DNA from: Gammaproteobacteria bacterium
GTDB taxonomy: Bacteria > Pseudomonadota > Gammaproteobacteria > JAJFKG01
Assembly: GCA_965116795.1 (NCBI GenBank)
Contig: OZ220716.1
Coordinates: 2,186,503 to 2,250,502, forward strand
Direction of reading: 5' to 3'
DNA length: 64,000 bases
The notes under the pieces are model-generated. The model made no database searches, was not told where the DNA came from, and was given only the letters and a program-made list of their open reading frames with translations. The position numbers and the translations under genes were made by a program. How positions within the stretch are numbered: the first letter of the stretch is position 1; the number at the start of each line of letters is the position of its first letter. Positions 37,401 to 45,038 of this stretch are shown in pieces.

Positions 37401-40034
37401 TATCGAAAACTAGAACAATATGAAAACGCAGAAGTTGCTTATACTCAAGCAATAGAAGTGGATAGTAATGAATGGCAACACTATCGTTATCGCGGTGATA
37501 CCTATCGATTGATGAAAGATCATGAAAAAGCAATTAAGGATTATCAAACTGCTATTGATAGCAAACCTAAGAAAAATCTTCAAAAAGCTTGGAACTGCCA
37601 TTATATTGGCTTTTGTCAATATGAGTTAGGTGAGTATGAAAATGCTATAACAGCTTATAAAGAAGCAATTAGGCTAAATCCAGGCGAACAAAGCCATTAT
37701 CACTATCTAGGCAATGTTTACCGTAAGCAAGCCATTTTGGCGCAGAAATCAAAAAATGAAAAACCCTACTATCATAAGGCAATCACGCAATACGAAATAG
37801 CTATTGAAAAGAATAACAAAAAGCCATGGAGTCATCATTATCTTGGAGAATGTTATCGAAAACTAGAACAATATGAAAACGCAGAAGTTGCTTATACTCA
37901 AGCAATAGAAGTGGATAGTAATGAATGGCAACACTATCGTTATCGCGGTGATACCTATCGATTGATGAAAGATCATGAAAAAGCAATTAAGGATTATCAA
38001 ACTGCTATTGATAGCAAACCTGAGAAAAATCTTCAAAAAGCTTGGAACTGCCATTATATTGGCTTTTGTCAATATGAGTTAGGTGAGTATGAAAATGCTA
38101 TAACAGCTTATAAAGAAGCAATTAGGCTAAATCCAGGCGAACAAAGCCATTATCACTATCTAGGCAATGTTTACCGTAAGCAAGCCATTTTGGCGCAGAA
38201 ATCAAAAAATGAAAAACCCTACTATCATAAGGCAATCACGCAATACGAAATAGCTATTGAAAAGAATAACAAAAAGCCATGGAGTCATCATTATCTTGGA
38301 GAATGTTATCGAAAACTAGAACAATATGAAAACGCAGAAGTTGCTTATACTCAAGCAATAGAAGTGGATAGTAATGAATGGCAACACTATCGTTATCGCG
38401 GTGATACCTATCGATTGATGAAAGATCATGAAAAAGCAATTAAGGATTATCAAACTGCTATTGATAGCAAACCTGAGAAAAATCTTCAAAAAGCTTGGAA
38501 CTGCCATTATATTGGCTTTTGTCAATATGAGTTAGGTGAGTATGAAAATGCTATAACAGCTTATAAAGAAGCAATTGAGCTAAATCCAGAAGGACGTGAT
38601 CATCATCACTATTTAGGCAATGTTTACCGTAAACAAGGTAATATAGAGAAAGATGATTATCAGAAAAGAGATTATTATCAAAAAGCAGTTGAGCAATACA
38701 ATGTGGCTATCCAACTAAATCCTGATAGTAATACAAGCAAGCGTTATCTTAAAGAATGTCAAGAGCAATTGAAGCAAATTAGCAACTCTTGGGATCCATT
38801 AAAATTTCCTAGTGCCTCAGCAGCTTCATTCTTAATTGATTTGCCAAATGAAGTTGACGATGAATTAGAGCAGCCAATATTAATGACATCGGCTGGAACC
38901 CGCTTACAACCGACAATCGTTGTATACGCAAAAACATTGAACTGTTTAATCAATCAACCTTGGCATTGGGCAGTAGCATTGTGGCAAGAGGACTGGGCAG
39001 GCTATTTGTCAGTGGAAAAGCCAGTATCAACATTATGTAATATTGGTGAGATAGATAGCAAAGCAGTAACACAAAGCGAGACACAAACTCATAATCATGC
39101 ATTAGTACCTGTCAGTGAAATTGCATCAACAGCCAATCAAGAAGAAATGGCAGAAAATGAAGGATTATCATGTGATATTGTGTTTTTCAATGGTGGAGGA
39201 GATGTATCACCAATACCTGCATTAGTTTGTCGTGACAATGATACAAAATCATATACCTTTGCAAAAGGCACTGCTGAAACAGCTTTGTCCACAACAGCAA
39301 ATACAGATAGCCCCCAATCAGCTAATGTACAAGGAGATATTTACTATTTATCGGAATGTCGAGCTGTATCATTTTATGGTGAGCCAGCATTGTACTGTGA
39401 AGGTGAACAAACAACGATAGTCAGCAAGCCAGTACAAGCACTACCACGGGTAGTAGAACAAGCAACAGATTTATTCATGCTGGGTATAATTGGTAGGCAG
39501 ATAAGCAAAGATGTGTGTAGTTGGTTAAACTCAGTGTATCAAAATTGGGGCAAAACCATTTCAATAGAAGAATATGAGCAACAACAGCAACAATTAATAC
39601 AGACAAAAACAACACATCAGCAATTGAATGCCCAATTGCTAATTCTAAAGAAAACAATGCAACCAGCAGATTACCGTTGTTTACGATTTGAATATGAGGA
39701 ATTGTGGTTTGATATAGAAGATTGGGAAACCGCTTTATCTTATCACGAAGTTATAGAGTCAGATAAAATAGTCGAAATGGATGACCGTTTATCTGCATTA
39801 ACTAAAGAGATAAGTATGGCCAATTGCTTTGCTGATGACAAGTTATTAGAAACACCGGAAGCTTCAGAGTATGTCCATGGCGAACCTACTGCTAGCACAG
39901 GTGATATGGTTACCTTGCAATATGGTGCTTTGTTTGCGCAATCACTGTCTTCTTCATCGAGGACAGCAGAGATAGTGTCGCCACCACCATTATTGATTGA
40001 GACTATCCAACCACCAACGCCTCAAAGCTATTAA
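34419..40034 (+). CDS. Lipase(class 3)-NB-ARC-TPR protein (NLR/STAND-like) with unknown C-terminal domain
   Basis: IAFRGTE and TGHSLG lipase motifs; GLGGMGKT, LFIFDNVE, LITTR, HPLSL, IHRLLQ NB-ARC motifs; long TPR array. Confidence 0.9.
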   Translation: MPTNSVSSSSNQQTTIADNVYTSPYVDSCLPDIEETVSTQNPAATWDFSGNPVYSGLVTDLELATFSALAYRSHSQHDNAIASQSDDNRLQRWPALYAHGWRVLRSIIGKDGFRALAYVHEARKQVVIAFRGTETEELVTLWVDWDEVVNKAIGSHGKQAYAFTEEVIKQGLPLMSQGDFNLEAYQLTFTGHSLGAWIASIAGSTFSYPAVVFDNPGARDVIEKYRKGQVGEQLVDTQLFALTNYQSRPNLINTASMQLGYTLELTTRAPARAHNITDIQAEAKYTLAQHSIDLIIDTFDPKTGMPYQDQVKQVKTWPHGGIEAAKKLVSLLPSELQNAAHLLCRWWFLDNVSYTDWIGLIGQLVASSPAKLLEVPKLAMITYQTFSQAYTTILSHDYFKGGQYEEPQSYEAAFQQRFKSHYHVIEFDTQSLPAILFHDSLLRFLVDVVRLRRLSGKKFSISYDYLNQVKLIEKAHDLAIKGINLDKSTGMTAIDLRREVMQSLPKLSEQYSYLVNSPTRSDSQRPQKLSYGVPTQSHESHVIPRTGLISDLKNQFSQASKSIAKIQAIYGLGGMGKTQLAIQLAKEAHDKGDYEAVIWLAAGDDLHAAYQSFAYTQLGNQVDTLTPKTCLTRTMHTLSERYKSILFIFDNVESVSEVKAYLDELPHVEKMDVLITTRSQQIASYYDKFEMKKFTSQEALQYITLSLKQESDRTIFEYFKSILSKQENATAILELAELVDFHPLSLSYLVAYIKSEYISVKECIKQYKAQKIDPINIMKDNINAKQGKAILLSLDKLSNAAKQLLNACAFLAADDIPKTLLEDYFKKEDAGLAVKVTSAAKELKQYSFVNDYHLEIDGSTHLYIHRLLQDMVRYRLKEHPKVLNGLAERLLLFFNQKIESHGDIIASTFEEKKEKLNRDFSHVQSLCENIESKTLNSDAQANHDKLLIWISRYSYAQAGASRLMGDYQSAIDSYKDIIKRNPGNVWSYHYLGECYRKLEQYENAEVAYTQAIEVDSNEWQHYRYRGDTYRLMKDHEKAIKDYQTAIDSKPKKNLQKAWNCHYIGFCQYELGEYENAITAYKEAIRLNPGEQSHYHYLGNVYRKQAILAQKSKNEKPYYHKAITQYEIAIEKNNKKPWSHHYLGECYRKLEQYENAEVAYTQAIEVDSNEWQHYRYRGDTYRLMKDHEKAIKDYQTAIDSKPEKNLQKAWNCHYIGFCQYELGEYENAITAYKEAIRLNPGEQSHYHYLGNVYRKQAILAQKSKNEKPYYHKAITQYEIAIEKNNKKPWSHHYLGECYRKLEQYENAEVAYTQAIEVDSNEWQHYRYRGDTYRLMKDHEKAIKDYQTAIDSKPEKNLQKAWNCHYIGFCQYELGEYENAITAYKEAIELNPEGRDHHHYLGNVYRKQGNIEKDDYQKRDYYQKAVEQYNVAIQLNPDSNTSKRYLKECQEQLKQISNSWDPLKFPSASAASFLIDLPNEVDDELEQPILMTSAGTRLQPTIVVYAKTLNCLINQPWHWAVALWQEDWAGYLSVEKPVSTLCNIGEIDSKAVTQSETQTHNHALVPVSEIASTANQEEMAENEGLSCDIVFFNGGGDVSPIPALVCRDNDTKSYTFAKGTAETALSTTANTDSPQSANVQGDIYYLSECRAVSFYGEPALYCEGEQTTIVSKPVQALPRVVEQATDLFMLGIIGRQISKDVCSWLNSVYQNWGKTISIEEYEQQQQQLIQTKTTHQQLNAQLLILKKTMQPADYRCLRFEYEELWFDIEDWETALSYHEVIESDKIVEMDDRLSALTKEISMANCFADDKLLETPEASEYVHGEPTASTGDMVTLQYGALFAQSLSSSSRTAEIVSPPPLLIETIQPPTPQSY
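37374..38576 (+). repeat. 453-bp near-perfect tandem repeat (~2.65 units; 151 aa = four TPRs)
   Basis: Units start at 37374, 37827 and 38280; only isolated substitutions seen (WSY/WSH, PKK/PEK). Confidence 0.95.
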
Positions 40035-40383
40035 AAAAGGCCAAATAATCTTTAGAAAATCATACCGTTACAAAACGGTCACTTTTAGCAAAAATCCGGC
40101 GCATTTAAGTCTATACACCGCCAGTCAAGATTGTCTAACCTTTCTATAACAAAATCTGCGGATGAGAAAAGCCTTAGCAATACAAAGAGTTTTTAGCGTT
40201 ATTCATTGACTCCCCTTTCCCAGATTTTCGCCATTTTCCCCGATTTTTAGCCCTAAAACCGCCAATCCTCTAAAAACCACGTACTTTAGCAAACGAAGTA
40301 CGGGGTTGTAAGTCATCGATATTGTAGCAATTTAGCTACGTACTAGTTGGAGCCAGTCTATGGGTAGTATAGAAAGAAGCCAT

Positions 40384-43300
40384 TCAACCCCGTCCTGGTG
40401 GATTTAGCTCCACTACTTTTTCATCATCGCTACGTTCTTCTTCTTCTCCTTTTTCTTTTTCCCAAGCAGTAAATTGAAGGGTACTGGCAAGCACATGGCT
40501 ATGTGAAAAACTTTGATCATCACTCGTAGATGGTATGTCTGAAGTAAGAAATTCTGCCGTGTACGATTCTGGCACGAAGGAGAATAATGAAGATGAATTG
40601 CTAAATCGGTTGGCAGATACAGAAGAAGAGCGTGTTGTATTGAACAAGCTTGGACTAGGAGACCCACCACTATGTGATGTGGTTGGTACAGAGGACAAAG
40701 ATAAACTGCTGCCGGATGAAAAAGGCTGGAAAGATGGGGATTTAGAGCCGTATGATGAAGAAGCTGCCCTTGATGAAATCACACGCAAGCACTGGCTTGG
40801 TATATGACCTTGCCAACCATTGAGTCCGCATACCCACCAAGCATCATCTCTATCTATCACTGAAACAACATCTCCTTGCCGAACAGTTAATTCATAAGGA
40901 TTTTGAGCAACAAAATCACTCTCGACAATAGCTTGGCCTATCTCATATTGAAAAACAGGAGCTGGAGATTTAGCAAACGTTAGAATTTTCTCATCTTCAT
41001 TCTCTGAGTCTGTATCCAGATCCTCAACCACACTAAAATGAGCAAATGTAGCTTCTTGTCCAGCAGCTAATTTCCTTTCTTGTTTTTGTTTAATGGTTGA
41101 GTCCATGAAAACGTTGTTGGCACAATGTGACTGTACAAGATGTGCTTGACATGCCACTAGAAAATGGTTGTTATAATATTCAAGCAGATCCGGACAGAAT
41201 TTTTCTACATCTGCTAACATGCCCATTGCGATCATCTGGGGAACTCTGACGATTAGCTCCGCATGCCAATCTGCCCTGTCATATAATGCAAATACACCCG
41301 ATATTATCTCTGGAACTGCAGGTTGATCCTTAACAAACTCACGATGAATTCTACGACAAATACGGTCAAACAATTCAGCAGATTTCTTGTCGTCCTTAGC
41401 GTATGGGGCTGCACCATTTTGAAAAACCTCATGAGCCACAAAATGAGTTATTTCGTGGATTAAGGTACCACGCATAAGAATTTTACTACGCTGACTATCC
41501 GCGCTTCTCTTACCTCCTAGATAAATGGTGTTGTCATGATAGTAGACTCCATACGCATTGGTGCAAGTACCTAAAGTAACTTTTTCAGTCGTTTCCTCAT
41601 TATTTTTATAAGAACCCAACACTATTTTTAATCTTTTATTTTCTCTTCTAGAAACTGCTAATTTATGCATCCCTTCAACAGCAAAGGCAACTAGCTTTAA
41701 CAAAGGTTGCAAGTGGGGTGATGTTTCCATTTCTTTGAAAGTTGCTTTATGTGACTTTTTATCTAATTTATAGCAAGGTTTTGATGATATAATATTCCTG
41801 CTTATAACAGATGAAGCGCCGGGTGATAGTAAATTATTACTAACAGCGATAGCATCTCTTTCTTTAACAATACACCGTGAAGAAGCATCATTAAATTTAG
41901 AATTAGGCAAATTAATCCTCTTTACACAAAGAGTTAGTGCAAGTAATTTCTTCTTTCCTGCATCGGAAAAATATTCTTCCCCTTTGTCAATTTTATCAAT
42001 TAATATCTCTTGTGGAGTTTGGAGAGCATCATTTCTGGTGGATACATTGGCACCGTGTAAAATAAGAACTTTAGCCAGCGCAATTTTATCCTGTTTAATA
42101 GCCAAATGTAACGCTGTATCACCATCAGCAGGGTTAGGTGTATCTATAATACTGTCAGGAACTAATGTGCAAGCCTGTAATAACAGTGAGCGATTATTCT
42201 CAGCAACAGCTTTATAAAAAAGCTGCCCAATAACAGAATTAATACTTGCATCACTTTGCTTTATCAACTCCTCTAATTTACCCAATGCTTTTTCATGGTT
42301 TTGCTTAGCCGCCTTAAAAAAGTAACCAATGGCGTTTTCAATATACCACTCGCTCTCGCTGTTACGCTTTAAGCCTTCAGCAAGGTATAATTCCCCAGCT
42401 GCAAATTGAGCATCAATATTTCCCCCATCTGCCAGTCGTTTCAACGTATAGCCAGCACTACCCATCAATCGAGATAATTCAATGACCTTTTGATAACTTT
42501 GAGGAATACCTTTACCCCAATAATGCATATGCGCTAAGCTTTCATATGCATTTGTGTTTCCTCTTTTTAAAGCCAATTTATATAATTTTACGGCTTCTTG
42601 GTAATTAATCTTAAAAAGCTGGTTATATTCATGGTAGTACTCACCCCCTTCATACATGTTTCCAAGCAGTATGCATGCGTATGCATTCCCTCCTTCTACG
42701 CTTAACCGAAGTAATTTGACTGCTTCTTTCTTGTATTCTTGGATAGTTTTCGTATCCGAACATTTGCAAAAGTCAAACGTATCCGGTGAAGAATATAACT
42801 CTCCTAACCCGCACTGCCCACCAGCATGTCCTTGTTCTGCACTCAACTTGTACCACTTTGCTGCTTCTTTGTAATATGAAAAATCTTCATCTTCATTGGT
42901 AATTTCGCCGTAGCGATACATACGGCCCAATGTGTATTGGCCGCCAGCATGTCCTTGTTCTGCACTCAATTGCAATAACCTCTTTGCTTCTTGATAATCT
43001 TGCTTAATGCCAAAATCATTTTTTAGATGCATCTCTCCTAATATACATTGTGCTTCTGCATGTCCTTGTTCTGAACTCGATTGAAATAGCCTTAGCCCCT
43101 CTTGGATATCTTGCTCAATACCATAAGTGCCCGTTGTGAAACAATAAACTCCCAACTCAAACTGCGCTTCGGCATTTCCTTGTTCTGCACTTAATCGCAG
43201 TAATTTTATCCCCTTAGGATGGAGAGGTGTATAAGCATCCTCCAAATATATTAGCCCCTGATTAAGCTGCGCTATTCCATTTCCCAGTTTTGCACTCAGC

Positions 43301-43800
43301 TTGTACCACTTAATTGCCTCAACATAATCTTTTCGTTCAACACCACGAGCATTTTGATACATAAATCCCAAATTACACTGTGCTTTTTCATTTCCTTGCT
43401 CTGCACTCAACCGATACCACCTAACAGGTTCAATATCATTCCATATAACGCCATGTCCATTGGCATACATAATTCCTAAAACAAACTGTGCCACTGACTC
43501 ACCTGTCTCAGCAGCATTCTTAATCAGTTCCAATAAACGTTTTTCTTCTTTTAAATCCTGCTTAACTCCTAATCCTTGAGCATGCATTCTTGCTAATCTG
43601 TAAGTTGCTTCAGGGTCTTTTTTATCAGAAGCCAATTTAAATAATCGCAGTGCTTCTTGATAATTTTTTCTTTTTTTACACCTAATACCTTCTTCTAGCC
43701 AAACACTTGCCTGCTTATCACCTGCCACCAATACACTCTGAAATCTCCTCTCCTTTTCTTCTTCCCTGTCGCCGCTTTCCTTTTTCTTTGCAAAAAACAT
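40384..43800 (-). CDS. Eukaryote-like candidate effector: Sel1 repeats, ankyrin, HExxH motif, SH3, Ser-rich region, acidic tail
   Basis: SAEQG.A.AQ..LG repeats; DGDTALHLA; LIHEITH; DFVAQNPYELTVRQGDVVSVIDRDDAWWVCGLNGWQGHIP; start at MFFAK after AAGGAG. Confidence 0.9.
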   Translation of the reverse strand: MFFAKKKESGDREEEKERRFQSVLVAGDKQASVWLEEGIRCKKRKNYQEALRLFKLASDKKDPEATYRLARMHAQGLGVKQDLKEEKRLLELIKNAAETGESVAQFVLGIMYANGHGVIWNDIEPVRWYRLSAEQGNEKAQCNLGFMYQNARGVERKDYVEAIKWYKLSAKLGNGIAQLNQGLIYLEDAYTPLHPKGIKLLRLSAEQGNAEAQFELGVYCFTTGTYGIEQDIQEGLRLFQSSSEQGHAEAQCILGEMHLKNDFGIKQDYQEAKRLLQLSAEQGHAGGQYTLGRMYRYGEITNEDEDFSYYKEAAKWYKLSAEQGHAGGQCGLGELYSSPDTFDFCKCSDTKTIQEYKKEAVKLLRLSVEGGNAYACILLGNMYEGGEYYHEYNQLFKINYQEAVKLYKLALKRGNTNAYESLAHMHYWGKGIPQSYQKVIELSRLMGSAGYTLKRLADGGNIDAQFAAGELYLAEGLKRNSESEWYIENAIGYFFKAAKQNHEKALGKLEELIKQSDASINSVIGQLFYKAVAENNRSLLLQACTLVPDSIIDTPNPADGDTALHLAIKQDKIALAKVLILHGANVSTRNDALQTPQEILIDKIDKGEEYFSDAGKKKLLALTLCVKRINLPNSKFNDASSRCIVKERDAIAVSNNLLSPGASSVISRNIISSKPCYKLDKKSHKATFKEMETSPHLQPLLKLVAFAVEGMHKLAVSRRENKRLKIVLGSYKNNEETTEKVTLGTCTNAYGVYYHDNTIYLGGKRSADSQRSKILMRGTLIHEITHFVAHEVFQNGAAPYAKDDKKSAELFDRICRRIHREFVKDQPAVPEIISGVFALYDRADWHAELIVRVPQMIAMGMLADVEKFCPDLLEYYNNHFLVACQAHLVQSHCANNVFMDSTIKQKQERKLAAGQEATFAHFSVVEDLDTDSENEDEKILTFAKSPAPVFQYEIGQAIVESDFVAQNPYELTVRQGDVVSVIDRDDAWWVCGLNGWQGHIPSQCLRVISSRAASSSYGSKSPSFQPFSSGSSLSLSSVPTTSHSGGSPSPSLFNTTRSSSVSANRFSNSSSLFSFVPESYTAEFLTSDIPSTSDDQSFSHSHVLASTLQFTAWEKEKGEEEERSDDEKVVELNPPGRG

Positions 43801-43884
43801 CGCTCTACTCCTTTTGTATGACACCACACTGTTCGTGATACATACCACGAACAACCCTGTACATTGTGCTGGCTACGAGAACTG

Positions 43885-44105
43885 TTTTGCGTACAGTAAA
43901 AAGCACCCGTAGCTAATGCGTAATATCAGTTTCTCTCAATTTGGGGCTTAATAATTACTAAAATAATATAGGCAGGGTATTTTTATCGGAACAAGGTATA
44001 TAGTTTGTTGATGTTATTCTAAATAGCTACTCCCTGCTAACAGCTAAGACTCTAACCCACAAGAAGAGCCAAATACAAGTGATACCGACCATATAGACGG
44101 TAGAG
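43885..44105 (-). promoter_or_regulatory. Conserved ~230-nt leader element, copy C
   Basis: Homologous to 455-680 and 28792-28995; lies between the DUF6362-like gene and the Sel1/SH3 gene. Confidence 0.65.
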
Positions 44106-44137
44106 TTACCGGTACAGCTTTTACGGTTGATTAGACT

Positions 44138-44515
44138 TCACTGCCAGACATTCAGATACAGCACTATTTTCCTAAGCGTTGCTTTCCACATCCGCCAAGC
44201 GGTAGTTCTGTTGCAACCTAATTGACGACAAATTAATTTCCACGATACATGTTCAGCTTTTCGCCACAACAGCTTACGCTCCTCCACCGTTAACCACCGC
44301 ATCCAATCGAAAACTTGCTCAAGAGCGGCTATCATCTCCGGTGTTGCCGGTAATCGTAACCGCTTCGGCTCTTCTTCCATCGGTGAGCGCACTATGTCAG
44401 GCCAAGCATGCACATACCCTTGAACACGCGCTGAGGGTAACCGGCGTATCGTTATCACCGCACGCTCCAATTCCTGCGCCACTTCATCCTCTGTCCAGTT
44501 ACGGTGTTTTTGCAT
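44138..44515 (-). CDS. DUF6362-like HTH protein (putative phage transcription regulator)
   Basis: WTEDEVAQELERAVITIRRLP..QGY..AWP, WMRWL..EERKLLW, WKLICRQLGCNRTTAWR. Confidence 0.8.
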   Translation of the reverse strand: MQKHRNWTEDEVAQELERAVITIRRLPSARVQGYVHAWPDIVRSPMEEEPKRLRLPATPEMIAALEQVFDWMRWLTVEERKLLWRKAEHVSWKLICRQLGCNRTTAWRMWKATLRKIVLYLNVWQ

Positions 44516-45038
44516 GATGGAATTTACCTTGTGTACCTAAACCAAACTGACTGCAGGCGTAATGTAACAACGCAATAGCATCGGCCTCGTTATCATCTTC
44601 GGGGTTGTGGCCTAACGCATACACCGCCGCAATCACCGCTTCTTTACTCGCATTGCCTTTGCCAGTGACAAACTTTTTAATGGTGCCAACGCCTACACCT
44701 TGATACGCAATCTCATGCTGCTCACAGTAAGCTGTTAACGAACTTAAGAACCCTCCATACACGTGCGATGCATCGACACCTAAGTGCCTCCTCACTTCTT
44801 CGAAATACACGGCATCAATGTTTCCCATCACCGCACGCATTTCCTCTAACCACTGATTAAAGCGTAAATACCGCATGCCGCCCCCTTCAAACCTTTTTTG
44901 CTGAAAGCTCATCGTGCCACTCATCACATGTCCATTTTGATTGATGACCGCCCAACCAGTGTTGGTGCCCAAATCCAAACACAACAACATCGGACATTTT
45001 CCTTCTTGGGTTGGCTTGTTTAATTTCATCTTCATCAC
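44499..45038 (-). CDS. RuvC-like Holliday junction resolvase, phage type
   Basis: LDLGTNTGWA, FEEVRRH, VGTIKK..TGKGNASK, DDNEADAIA. Confidence 0.88.
   Translation of the reverse strand: MMKMKLNKPTQEGKCPMLLCLDLGTNTGWAVINQNGHVMSGTMSFQQKRFEGGGMRYLRFNQWLEEMRAVMGNIDAVYFEEVRRHLGVDASHVYGGFLSSLTAYCEQHEIAYQGVGVGTIKKFVTGKGNASKEAVIAAVYALGHNPEDDNEADAIALLHYACSQFGLGTQGKFHHAKTP

Noticed and set aside
37351-38525. Triplicated small minus-strand ORFs
   Set aside because: Shadows of the 453-bp TPR repeat on the opposite strand
40060-40312. Possible IS end remnant with hairpin CGTACTT..AAGTACG
   Set aside because: No matching second end or transposase fragment could be identified
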